Positions 25,607-38,285 are shown, numbered from the stretch's first letter. The stretch is DNA of 64,000 nt from Octopus vulgaris (GCA_951406725.2 OX597814.1:43462001-43526000); one strand, 5' to 3'. The notes: generated by a model not told the origin, from the letters alone. Translations and numbers: made by a program.

Positions 25607-25642
25607 TGTTCCTGAAGAAGAGCTTTGCTCGAAACGTTAAAC
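25607..25642 (+). ncRNA. Minimal hammerhead motif in a ~200-bp (TA)n-flanked PLE tail (25545-25740)
   Basis: CTGAAGA-a-GAGC(ttt)GCTC-GAAACGTT; stem I weak. Confidence 0.6.
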
Positions 25643-25736
25643 CATCTTTCTTTCCTATCCTGAGCATCACGTTGCATGTACCTCGTCATCACGTTTTTGT
25701 TATTTTTGTGTTTGTTCTCCTTATTATTTTTTATAA

Positions 25737-25777
<41 letters not shown>

Positions 25778-25860
25778 GGTCCCGGGTTGATTCGGGGTTA
25801 ACCACAGTAAGTAAGGTACTCAATACATAGCAGAGTAAAATTAATTTATTATATAGAAGG

Positions 25861-25911
25861 AGCTTCTACAGGACTAGTACTGTTTCATTCAAGAGAAATC
25901 TTCAGGAAGCT
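25861..25911 (-). ncRNA. Hammerhead motif (3' pLTR copy)
   Basis: Reverse complement of 29820-29870. Confidence 0.6.
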
Positions 25912-26049
25912 ATTTAACAAGAATTGTATTAGCATTTATACATTTAGGCAGGTTTAAAGGAGTGGTGGTGGGGGACTTTTTTGGGGGTAGGCATAGCGCA
26001 AAATATCATACTTGGGGGAGTGGTCAAGGAGTCAGTGGTAAGTTAGATG

Positions 26050-26245
26050 AAAGAATAGATAAATAAAAAAATAAAAAAATAAAAAAATAAAAAAATAAAA
26101 TAATAAAATAAAAAAATAAAAAAATAAAAAAAATAAAAAATAAAAAAATAAAAAAATAAAATAAAATAAAAAAATAAAATAATAAAATAAAATAAAAAAA
26201 TAAAAAATATATAAAAAATATATATATAAAGAATATATATATAAA
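26050..26245. repeat. Degenerate (AAAAAAT)n tract
   Basis: Directly visible. Confidence 0.9.
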
Positions 26246-26292
26246 AAAGGGGGGATAGAGTTATAGGTAAATAAGGAGATTCTCACTTATAC

Positions 26293-26344
26293 CTATACAC
26301 ATATGTACACGTATCTACACACACATATATACACACACATATAT

Positions 26345-26417
<73 letters not shown>

Positions 26418-26618
26418 TACACACACATATACATACATATCTACATACACACATACATACACCCGCCCACATATACAAATTTATACATATATATATATAT
26501 ATATACATATATACATATACACGCATACATATATATACATGTGTGCACATACATACATATACACACATACATACACATACACATACACATGTGTACCTAT
26601 ACATACCTACATATACAC

Positions 26619-26663
<45 letters not shown>

Positions 26664-27060
26664 CCAATACAGGCCCATTCCCTAATTTTAATTTTATTAT
26701 CTTCATTTATTACTTTTGTTATCTTTGGTCGCTAGAGCTAAGGGTCCTGGCTATGGCAGCATGTCCATTTGTCTGTCTACTAGAAGGCAAGTACTCATTC
26801 CCGCACGCACACTCATTAGCACGTACATTCACCCATTCGTACACTCATACACATACACGTACGCACGCGTTATATTCATACATACAAACATCTACATACG
26901 TTCACGTATATACACATACGTACTCGTACCTACAGATTCGTGTCTACACTTTAGGAGGCTAGTCTATACATATACACCAATAAATATACACATATATATA
27001 TATATATACACATATACATACACACACACACATATATACTCCTACATACAGATACATACC

Positions 27061-27112
<52 letters not shown>

Positions 27113-27334
27113 CATATACATACATACACATACACACATATATATATACACACACATACATACACATATATATACATACACAGACATATATACACACATA
27201 TATATATATATATATACACACACACATACACACACATACATACATATACACACAAACACATACATACGTATACATACATACATACATCCATACATCCATA
27301 CTTACATGCATTTATACGCATACACACACCCATC

Positions 27335-27372
<38 letters not shown>

Positions 27373-27646
27373 CTCACACATACATATACAAATATACGCA
27401 CACACATACATACATACACGTATACACATACACGCACATACACATATACATGCGTACCCATACACGTGCACACACGCACGCGCATCCATATATATACACA
27501 CACACACATATATACACGTGTGCAAGCATACATACATACTCATACACGCACACATACTTACATATACATATATGCACACACCTACACACATATATACATA
27601 CACATATACATGCATACATACATATATGCATACATACACACACGCA

Positions 27647-27724
<78 letters not shown>

Positions 27725-27891
27725 TATATACACATACACATACATACACATATACACATACATACACATACACATACATACATATATATACACATATATA
27801 CACATATACACATACATATATACACATATACATACATATACATACACACACACATACATATATACATATACACTGATACACATACCCATAC

Positions 27892-27928
<37 letters not shown>

Positions 27929-28059
27929 TATACACATGCATATACTTATATCTCTACATACTCACATATAAACATATATATATATATACACACACATATA
28001 TATACATGTACATACACATACATATATATATACATATATATACATATATATATATACCC

Positions 28060-28100
<41 letters not shown>

Positions 28101-28859
28101 TACATATACACATATACATGTATACATACGCAATAATGATACACATATATACACATACACACACACAGACAGATGCATATACATACATATATATATAAAT
28201 ATCATATCCATATAAATACATACATAATACACATATACACACACATATATATACATGCATATACATATATAAATATACATACACATACATACACACACAC
28301 GCGCACACATACATATACACACACATATATACAAATACATACATACACACATACACACACACACATATATATATACATACATGTACACATATACATACAT
28401 ATATATCAACAAGGGAGGGTAAAGTTAATTAGTTATTAATCAATTTCACCAAGTATTCAGTATGTAAAGGGACCATTATTATTTTGAGTAAACAATGTTA
28501 GAGGGAAAAAATTCTCTAAGTAGTGGAAGAGGCTAAAAAACTTTATTGGCTGCTATTTCTAGAAAGTTTAGTATGTGGCAAAGTAATTTATTTTATTTTA
28601 CTAAGCCCTAATTATATAATATTTTATACATACATACACATACATAAACACATACATTTACACATACACATGCATATACATATATACACATATACATACA
28701 AGCACATATACATATATACACACACACACACATGCAAGCACATACATATATACATATACATACATATATATATATGCAAACATATATACATATATATATA
28801 TTCTTACATGCATACATACACACACATATACATATATACACACACACACACATGCAAGC

Positions 28860-28897
<38 letters not shown>

Positions 28898-29040
28898 GCA
28901 AACATATATACATATATATATATTCTTACATGCATACATACACACCCACACACATAATACATGCGTATATTCCTACTGTACCCATGCATTTCTATACATA
29001 TATACATACATACGATACACATATACAAGCGTGCACATAC
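26293..29040. repeat. Very long degenerate (CA)/(TA)/(TACA) microsatellite array with small unique islands and a ~120-bp tandem duplication near 28690-28940
   Basis: Directly visible; islands at ~26660-26800 and 28404-28620. Confidence 0.95.
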
Positions 29041-29123
29041 AATATGTGAAAGGTCTTAGGAGAAAAGGTAATCGGGGGTGCTAGGGGAACAGTGGGGTGG
29101 GGGGGTTGTAGGGGGGGTTGTCA

Positions 29124-29683
29124 TCAATCAGGTTGCTGGGTAGGTCTATAGTTCTTGTAGTTCGCATACTTTTTATGCATGCAATTTGGGGAGTGTTCTG
29201 AAAATTTGTTAAGGAGAGGGCCTTTGGCGAACAAGATCTCTAGGCTCTCTGATATGCATAGGTCACAGAAGGTATGTCCTCCTGTGTACGAGCGCGCCTT
29301 CTGTAGTAGTTTCCACTTGTTCTTGAAGGGGATTGAGTTCCTTTTAAGGTACCAGATGTGGGCGGCGAGGGTAGTTTGGTTGGATTTATCCTGTCGCCGG
29401 AACGAGTGTGTATGTGCGTACCAGCGGGTCTTAAAGCTGTTTGACGTCATTCCAATGTAGGATTTACTTTTATCGTCAAGGCCTGATCTTACCTCGCATT
29501 TATATACTAGGTCCCTCTGTAGGCAGTTGTTGTTGAGGGGGCAGGTGGTTTTATCATGGCAGTTGCAACTGCTATCGGACGTTGGATGGGCCCCGGAGAA
29601 AGTAGATATGTTAAGTTTTTTCACATTGCTGTTGGCTAGGTTCCTGGCTAGATTGGGCGTGGTAGAGTAGGAGAGTCTAATAG
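29124..29683 (-). pseudogene. PLE GIY-YIG endonuclease domain, open frame, 5'-truncated
   Basis: RLSYSTTPNLAR...CNCH..TCPLNNNC..LVYKC...YIGMT..FKTRWYAH..SF...LAAHIW..CDLC..E...LN...CMH. Confidence 0.92.
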
Positions 29684-29819
29684 TCTAACTTACCACTGAC
29701 TCCTTGACCACTCCCCCAAGTATGATATTTTGCGCTATGCCCACCCCCAAAAAAGTCCCCCACCACCACTCCTTTAAACCTGCCTAAATGTATAAATGCT
29801 AATACAATTCTTGTTAAAT

Positions 29820-29870
29820 AGCTTCCTGAAGATTTCTCTTGAATGAAACAGTACTAGTCCTGTAGAAGCT
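29820..29870 (+). ncRNA. Hammerhead motif (inverted pLTR copy)
   Basis: agcttc-CTGAAGA-tttctcttgaat-GAAA-C-AGTACTA-G-TC-ctgta-gaagct; GUC triplet, palindromic AGTACT in loop III, bulged stem I. Confidence 0.65.
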
Positions 29871-29881
29871 CCTTCTATATA

Positions 29882-29940
<59 letters not shown>

Positions 29941-30073
29941 CGTATATTTCAGTGTGTATGTGTGCGTATATATGTGTCTGTGTTTCAGTTCTATATTTAA
30001 AAAATGAGGAATTATGTACATTATTCACATAATTTAAATTTGACGGATATTTGCCCTCATCTTGTTTGTTATT

Positions 30074-30119
30074 AACACAACATTTCGGCTGATATACCCT
30101 GCTGTCTTCGTCAGGTGTC
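30074..30119 (-). ncRNA. Minimal hammerhead motif (left arm)
   Basis: gacac-CTGACGA-agacagcagggtatatcagcc-GAAA-TGTT-gtgtt. Confidence 0.6.
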
Positions 30120-30165
30120 TTGGGGAAATTTCGAACCTGGCTTCTCATTCCTGAGGTATTTTCAA

Positions 30166-30247
<82 letters not shown>

Positions 30248-30249
30248 TA

Positions 30250-30337
<88 letters not shown>

Positions 30338-30390
30338 ATCACAGTCTGGAATCGAACTCAGAAACTTGGGGTTAAGAGCCCGCGCTCTTA

Positions 30391-30428
<38 letters not shown>

Positions 30429-30510
30429 ATTATGAATAACAACAACAACAACAACAACAACATCGAAAAATACATTTGGTATGAGAATCCAGGTTCGATA
30501 TTTCCCCCAA

Positions 30511-30556
30511 GACACCTGATGAAGGATGGAGGGTATATCAGCCGAAACTTAGTGTT
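30511..30556 (+). ncRNA. Minimal hammerhead motif (right arm)
   Basis: gacac-CTGATGA-aggatggagggtatatcagcc-GAAA-CTTA-gtgtt; stem I gacac/gtgtt. Confidence 0.65.
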
Positions 30557-31086
30557 AACAACAAACAAGATGACGATAAATATCCGTCAAATTGAAATAA
30601 GTATATATGCATTTAAATATATAAATTATATACACATATATTACAATCCACCATGTGGCTATGTTGTATAATTCTGTTTCATTATATAGTTTAATATTAT
30701 CGTTTAAACCTAAGACATCGCTGATCGAGCTCTTTTCTGATCCAAAACTAATTTTCTGTATTATATATTCTCTATTAAAGATTGCGTTCGTTATCGAATG
30801 TGTTACTCGAATTAATGAATGTTTTTCTTCGTTTACATATACTTTCGCTGTTAATGCTAAAAAATCAAGTGCCCGGTAGGGGATGCTTTCTCTACCGTGA
30901 ATTAAAGCAATTTTATTTGATTTCCCTTTTTAATTTTCTTTCATGTAGTGTTATGCGCTGCCTTATCATAACGTTTCCTGGTAAGTGATGAAATAATATA
31001 CTTGCACATCTGAATTAATACTCAACATAAAACACCCTACATAGGAATAAGACACATTTCCAGGTACTAGAATTCGTTCATATATG

Positions 31087-31410
31087 AAAAATAATTTACT
31101 TTACCACATCCTGAAGCTTTTAGAAATAGCAGCCAAAAAGTTTTTTTAGCCATTTCTTCTACTATATCTACGTGAATTATTTTTGAGTAAACACTATCTG
31201 GGAGACTTTTCTTATAGTAGGAGAAATGGCTAAAAAAAACTTTTTGGCTGCTATTTCTAAAAGTTTCAGTATGTGGTAAAGTAAATTATTTTACTGAGCC
31301 CTAATTATATAACGTAATATTTTGAATATACCTTGAATGGTCCTTTTACATACTGAACACTACTTGGTGAAATTAATTAATAATTAATTGATTTTACCCT
31401 TTTATCATTG
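31087..31410. mobile_element. Palindrome (~80-bp arms) plus one-sided extension; putative PLE-tail derivative
   Basis: 31087-31166 is the reverse complement of 31213-31292; homologous to 28404-28620 and 2690-2881. Confidence 0.75.
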
Positions 31411-32659
31411 ATATATATGTATATATATTATGTACATGTTCATAATACATTTAGCCCACGTCACTTCTGAGCGAACAGCCGTTTTACAAAAATACATTGC
31501 TTTTGCTAAATGTGTCAGTCCCTACATATTTGCCAAAAGTTTTAGACACCTTCGCGTTGTTATTACAGTTGAACCAACGAAACATCCGTTACTTGTCGAA
31601 ATATAAGTTGGGAAACGAATACAAAATTTTCCTGTGGGCGTTCTAATTCTTAACATGCATGACAGTTCTGCATTGTTTATATTAAAACGTTTTAGGCTTT
31701 TACACTTTTTATTTGTTCCACAACTATGTTTTAGGAGAATTTTAATTTCGGGTTGTTATATATTTTTCTCGCTCATATGGTCATCGCCCGAAAATATCCG
31801 ACCTATTCAGTTTTCCGTTTCTGCTCTTACGTTTGTCAAAATATGGGAATCTACTCATCTCTATCCCACGGTTTTCGTAGCGTTATGTTCGCAAAGTATT
31901 CTAGATAGTCACGAGGCATCGACAGAAATCATTTGTAAATCCAATAAAGAAATTCATGTTACGGATCATGGTAGGCCATAATTCTAATTTCCTCTAATTT
32001 TCGCTGCGTTTTTAGTTTATTGCACTGTTCCTTGTAAGGCAGTTATAATTCATGCGTTAACTATATATATATTTTTTGCTTCTGTAGTGTAAATATATAA
32101 TCGTTTGTGCGTGTGTACGTGTGTGTGTATGTGCGTGTGTATGTGTGTGTATTAGTGTTTCTGTGTTATTATGGTTGCATGCATATGCAGGCATTATTAT
32201 CCGTTTCCCATCATTTGAACGCAAAAATTACTGGCCAAAATTACAACCTGTTATTTTTTTGGTGCAAATTAGGAAATCCAAATTGAAAGCCGGTTAACTA
32301 TAATATTAGCCAAGATATGAAATAATATCAATGCACATCATCGTTTTACGTATCTATAAGTAATATATCGCAAATTTATACAATACATATTTTTATAACT
32401 TGTTTCTAAGAGCCTTGATGTAAAATATTTATTTTGATATAGGGCTACAGAAGGATAAATAAGCTTCAGCAAGGACAGAGTAAAGATTCACTGCTACTTA
32501 CGAGTATATTTCTGAGCACTGAATGAATAAAAGGAAAAAGTGAACACAGCAATTTGTATTGAGAAATTAAACAAATTTCAATATTTAAAATCTATTTAGT
32601 CTACAGATCTCACTTGGTAATAATAAATCGGTTTCACATGCACGTAGATATATATTTAT

Positions 32660-33057
32660 CTGTATGCATGTGTGTATGTATGTATGTTTGCATGTATGTA
32701 TCTATGCATGTATGTATGAATTTACGCTCGTATGTATGAATATACGCTTGTATGTATGTATTTATGTATATATGTATGCGTGTGCATGTATGTATGTATG
32801 TATGTATGTATGAATTTACGCTTGGGTGTATGTATGCATGTATGAATATACGCTTGCATGTATGTATGTGTGTGTGCATGTATGAATTTACGCTTGTATG
32901 TATTTATATATGTATGCATGTATGAATTTACGCTTGTAAGCATGTATGTATATATATGTACGTATGTATGTATGTATGTATGTATGTATGTATGTATGTA
33001 TGTATGTATGTATGTATGTATGTATGAATTTACGTTTGAATGAATGTATGTATGAAC
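32660..33057. repeat. Compound minisatellite: tatgaatttacgcttg units separated by variable (TATG)n
   Basis: About seven copies of gaat(t/a)tacg(c/t)t visible. Confidence 0.85.
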
Positions 33058-34434
33058 TATAAACTCGGAAATTTATACGCTCTCATATAAAAAAAATATG
33101 CGCGTCCCGTTTTGTTAAGATCGTTTAATATCATTCTGAATCTAATTGAAAGACCTCTGCATGATATGTAAGATAATATCCGGAAGGAAACCTGAAATAG
33201 AAAGCCTTTGAATTTCATGAGAAAACAGGATATGTAACATTTTATAGTGAAGACATTTTATAGTCATCAGTTTATTATATGTCAGAGGCGGATAAGTTGT
33301 GAAGAAGGATAATCTCTTTACTTGTTAGAGGGCAGAGATCAAAGATTAGCAAATTCCTTCAACTATCGATTTCCATTTATTTGATATGTGTTATCAAGGT
33401 TATATTTAAAACTGTTTGATGTTATTCTCTATCTAGCGGAGTTTGAATTAAGTGTTTTGTGGAACACGAGAAGTGGAGAATCGACTTTAATCGTAGCATG
33501 CTTAGAAGAGTGAAAAATGATCCAAGATAATATACAGGTTATAAAAGTCAAATATCTTGTTATGAGAAACAATACTTCAAGGAAATGTAGCTATAGCATA
33601 GTTAATTCTAATATCCAACGCTAATTGATATTATCTGCTCTTACAAATATAGCCATGGGAAATTCAAAATATAAAAATCCCTCTCTCCATGTTGGATTGA
33701 GAAAGATTAGCAGAGCTCTAAAATAAATGAAAATATTTATTAATCAATTTGTGTTTTAATTTATCATTCTTGTTTCATTATGCAATAACAGTGACTAATA
33801 GCATTTAGTAGATTAAAAACAACATTATTTGACATCAATTCCATTTTATATAGAGTATTAGCCAATTCTAACTTGTAACAATATGTGACTAGATGTATTG
33901 GTATCCACACACCTCGAAATCTAACCTTAGTAGCAGTATTCAAATCACTCTATTCTATTCTATTGAAAAGCAATTTTGCTACATTAGAGGTTATACTCGA
34001 ATGAATTGAAAATAATACTGTGGCTGAAGTGCCATGTGTTTAGAAATTATCGAGGGAAGTTTTAGAAGATGGTAAAAACAAACAAATATAGTCAAACATG
34101 GGTGTGTAAAGGCCAAACGTGAATACTTGGTTAGCGAAAATTTGCTGCGAAATCTTAAATCATAATGTGTGACCTTACCAAAAAGAGCAATAACGGTCAA
34201 ATCTGTAATGCCTATAGCGAAATCTGACGCAGTCAGGTGACTTGGACATCAATGCAACAATTACAATATTTGTATTTCCGTTAAATGAGAACTCTACAAG
34301 AAAATAACCAAGAAAGGTTTTAATGTCAGGTAAAATAGAAGCCACTGGTTACTGTGACTATGGATATATAAAATCATTGATAAGCAAGGTTAGGACACTT
34401 TCATATAAACACAGTGAAATGAAGGTCATATATT

Positions 34435-34597
34435 GGTTTGAAATTTTAGCACGAAACCATACATTTCTGAGAACGGGATAACTCGATTAGATCGATGCCA
34501 GTTCTCTTGACTGGTATTAAGTTTATCGACCACGAAAGGATGTAATGATGTTAAACATTTCCCCGGCGTGCGAACGATTTTGCCGCTAGCCGTCCTC
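34435..34597 (-). mobile_element. Degenerate SINE family B copy with internal deletion
   Basis: ggtttgaaattttagcac, ctcgattagatcga, tttatcgaccacgaaaggatg, cggcgtgcgaacgattttgcc. Confidence 0.7.
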
Positions 34598-36102
34598 AAG
34601 ATCATAATATATTAATGTACATCATATTGAATGTTATTCATAAAATTACATATTCATATCTAGCGCATTTATTTCACTAATCTTTTCCGCAGTCAACGAT
34701 TAGAAAAAAATGTATCAGACAGCGTCACCCTAATTTGGAATTCAGTCCTTAAATCAGCTTAATTCAATCAGGTGTATCAAAAATATCTGCGTACACGTTC
34801 ATGTAATTTCATAGAGAAACGAGTAACTGTTTATTTTAATTGCCTTTAAACACACAAACACACAAATGAGATGACACAGGAATAAATGATCATCTTATAA
34901 TCATTTATTCCTCTGTCATCTCTTTTTTATTAACGCTCTATACTCGTCTAACACTTCGTTCTGAAGCCCACATGTATAGCGTTCTACACTATGCGAAATA
35001 TATGTGCGCGTGTGTGCTTGTGTGTGCGTGTGTGTGTGTGGGGGGGGCGTTGAAGAACTATACCAACAGTAATGCAAGTAGAAAGTACAAATTTTTTTTC
35101 AGGTAACTACTTTATTTTGGCCGCATATACGAATGGCAGACACATTATTCTGTGTAACCATCACAAAGGCGTTTGTAAACGTATGGAGTTATTAGAATGA
35201 AATAATAATGACTTGCAGGAATGACTCTCCAATGAGCGACAAATTTACGTTGATTATATTTTTAATTAACTCGGAAGGCAAAAGTCGCATTCTACGTGAA
35301 ACATTTTCAATACAATCTCAAATTTAGTCATCCTGAAAACCAAAAAAAAAAAAAAAAAAAAATACCTTTTGCAAGCGTCATCCTGTAAATTATCAAAATT
35401 CGCATGACGCAATGTGCATTATTGTCATTCATTAATATAACAACAAAATAATTACACTTCCGTAATCGATATCCCTTCTATGAGAAAACACTCACACCAC
35501 TGAGAAATTGCAGAAATCGGATCGTGCTTAGTTGCCATCCTAAAAAACATTATACAGCCCATATTAGCCATGCAGCTTAGAAACAGCGCAATTACAATTC
35601 TATAAGGAAACATGAGTTAACTGAGGAAATGCGTGCAACGTATAATGCGATCCAGGAAAATAACCTAGCACATATCAAAGAACTGTGTAGCAACAATGCA
35701 ATGCTATACTACGAACATCACAATTAAGTAAATAAAAAGATTGTTTCCGAGGACAGAAAGGCAATTCATAGCGCAGTAAACCTTCACAGGAATAAACTGG
35801 AAATATGTTTTTTTTTAATGATAATAGTCTTTTCCTTATTTGCAGAGTCGTCTGTGGAGAGATGCAAAACATGCGGTTTTTCACTGACATGTAAATCTTT
35901 GGAAAAGAAAATTACAAAATTGGGAAGTAAGGCGAAATGATATACCTTTTTTTCTTTTACTAGTTTCATCTCAACATCTGCAGTCACGATGGGACACTGC
36001 TGTTTCACCTTCATAAAGCATAAAGAAATAAATACCTACCTGCGCGCGCTCACACACAAACAAACACACATATACACATATAATTGAAGATGATGGGGAA
36101 AA

Positions 36103-36319
36103 TGGTTCCAAATTTTGCCACAAGGCCATCAATTTTCGGGGAAGGGGAAAAGTAGATTACCTCTATCCAAGTGACCAACTGGTACTTATTTCATCGACCC
36201 CGAAAGTCTGAAAGACAGAGTGGAGTCCGATAGAATTTAAACTCTGAACGTAATGGTGGACAAAACGCTGCTAAGTATTTTGCCCAGCTTACTAACGATT
36301 TTGCCAGCTTTCTGCCTTG
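36103..36319 (-). mobile_element. SINE family B
   Basis: ggttccaaattttgccacaaggcc...caactggtacttatttcatcgaccccgaaag...gaatttaaactctgaacg...ctaacgattttgccagct. Confidence 0.85.
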
Positions 36320-37514
36320 ATAATCAGTAAAATATTAATGACGTGACTTATGAGGATCGAATGCCGTGACTTCTGTAAATATTATATCCGTATTAACCAC
36401 AATACAAAGACGGCTCCCACACAAAGGTATGTATGCCTGCACGTACTCATATAGTTATGTGTGCATATAGGTTTCTATAGACTTGATGATTTAAGAGATT
36501 CGTCCAAAAAATAGCAAAGACGAAATTTTAAGCTATCACATACAATTTATACCAACTCCTTTCGTATTCTGAAAGTCCCTACAAGACCAGTGATACGTAC
36601 ATGATTTAATTCGACGCCAGCATTGACATGAACATAAACACAAATATTGTCTCTTAGGTTATCATATCTCAGTCATACATATATGCCACCAGCTCCTTTA
36701 GGAACACTATTTAGATTAGCTTTAATTGCTTCCCATATCAAATATTTCAAGAGAAAACTCACACCCAACCATCCTCCGACCTAAGAGAAACTTTGAAAAT
36801 GTATAACTCCCAGTAATTTCCCATTTAAAAAGTCCCTTCAATTTGGAAGCAACGGCATACATAGAAAAGTGCATTCTACATGCATAATATATTTTTTTAA
36901 TCCGATACAACCAGCGCGCTATTTCTGTTAGTATCATATACATAAGTATTCTGCCACACTATCTCTATAAAACTGGAAATAGCGAAAATGTGAAATCGAA
37001 AATTTCATGCGCTTCAATAACGACGATCCATGAAGATCCACGTTGGATATAGTCGAGGAAATTGATATTGTCTCTCAAACTATAAATTTCGTTCAATGTG
37101 AAATCTCGTCCATTGCATTTTGACAGCAAGCAGCAATATACCCGTTAAAAGGTCCAGGTTCTTAGCAAAAATTGCCAGAGAGGGTAGCATTGATTGATAT
37201 AGGGCATGCAGTTGTTGTTACATCTGTTTCACGTAAGTGGAGACTCATGTTTTAGAGGCGGCTTCTCTCTCTTGCCCTCGTTGCACACGTCATTTTCACG
37301 AATGACAATATATCTCCTGATTCTCTAACTTGACCAATGTAAATCCGTCCATTCATATTTCGCCTGTTATGCGAGTGCATTTACACGTAACAGGAATGCC
37401 TCTGGGTATGTATGGTTGTCCTCTTACTCGTTCGGTGTACCTTTCGCGTATATGCCTTTTTGCCTATATCTCCTACCGATAAAAATGTTATTTCATTGAT
37501 AGTCAAAATTATAT

Positions 37515-37913
37515 TACTCTTTTACTCTCTCTTACTCGTTTCAGTCATTTGACTGCAGCCATGCTGGAGCACCACCTTTAATCGAGCAACTCGACCCCGG
37601 GACTTATTCTTTGTAAGCCCAGTACTTATTCTATCGGTCTCTTTTTGCCGAACCGCTAAGTGACGGGGACATAAACACACCAGCATCGGTTGTCAAGCAA
37701 TGCTAGGGGGACAAACACAGACACACAAACACACACACATACATATATATATACATATATACAACGAACTTCTTTCAATTTCCGTCTATCAAATCCACTC
37801 ACAAGGCATTGGTCGGCCCGAGGCTATAGTAGAAGACACTTGCCCAAGGTGCCACGCAGTGGGACTGAACCCGGAACCATGTGGTTGGTAAACAAGCTAC
37901 TTACCACACAGCC
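37515..37913 (-). mobile_element. Near-full-length tRNA-derived SINE family A (Octopus-type)
   Basis: Minus strand: ggctgtgtggtaag (A box), gggttcagtccc (B box), ggcaccttgggcaagtgtc core, internal (TA)/(TG) tract, aagtactggg..ggggtcgag, ccagcatggctgcagtc, (AGAGTAA)-like tail. Confidence 0.92.
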
Positions 37914-37999
37914 GTAAATTTACTTAATACTCATAACATATTCAGTTTTAAAATATTTATAGTACCTCGTGGTGAAGTTGCAGATGCAGGGTGAGGCAA

Positions 38000-38285
38000 G
38001 TATATTCAGACGCGAGGTCTAAAGTTTAGGATACGGGTAATATGATTGTGTGTTCGATTTATGGACTGCCGGTTATCGATCATAGTAATATCTTTTCACA
38101 TAGCTCCGTACTGGAAATGAATACCAACTGACCTCCGTTCCTGCATTCTCTCCTTCCGGGTTTCATATATTTTCTGGGTAAAATATGCATTTTTCTTCTG
38201 GTAGCAAGGTAGGTAAGTGAAACAATGTGCAAATACGTGGTACAGCTTACCAGATGAGTATTTCCTGCGTGTACCGGCTAGTATT
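38000..38285 (+). mobile_element. Possible old tRNA-derived SINE
   Basis: B-box-like gtgttcgattt near 38050; the rest is strongly decayed. Confidence 0.3.

Larger units (their letters stand above)
25776..29887 (-). mobile_element. 5'-truncated PLE (Naiad-like GIY-YIG) with a 204-bp inverted terminal repeat and ~3 kb of internal microsatellite
   Basis: 25844-26047 and 29684-29887 are reverse complements with one mismatch seen; GIY-YIG ORF at 29124-29683; (TA)n on both flanks. Confidence 0.9.
29985..30602 (-). mobile_element. tRNA-headed, HHR-tailed non-autonomous element with an inverted copy of its tail
   Basis: Minus strand: tRNA-like segment 30335-30392 (ttaagagcgcgggctcttaaccccaag...gagttcgattcc), (AAT)n, then HHR tail 29985-30170; inverted diverged tail at 30460-30602. 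Confidence 0.75.

Noticed and set aside
26293-29084. Many long ORFs (up to 386 aa) rich in Y/I/H/T or C/V/M/Y
   Set aside because: They are translations of CA/TA microsatellites, which lack stop codons in most frames. The same applies to similar ORFs throughout the window.
30335-30392. Functional tRNA gene
   Set aside because: No 5' acceptor strand or complete D arm, and it is embedded in a repeat; treated as a SINE-like head.
31480-32060. piggyBac-like transposase remnant on the minus strand (KIRG...LLDL...VDA)
   Set aside because: Similarity too weak and too interrupted to support without a search.
33100-37500. Host exons in microsatellite-poor stretches (also 46000-49200 and 61000-64000)
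   Set aside because: No ORF with recognisable protein similarity or convincing paired splice sites; small exons cannot be excluded without RNA-seq.
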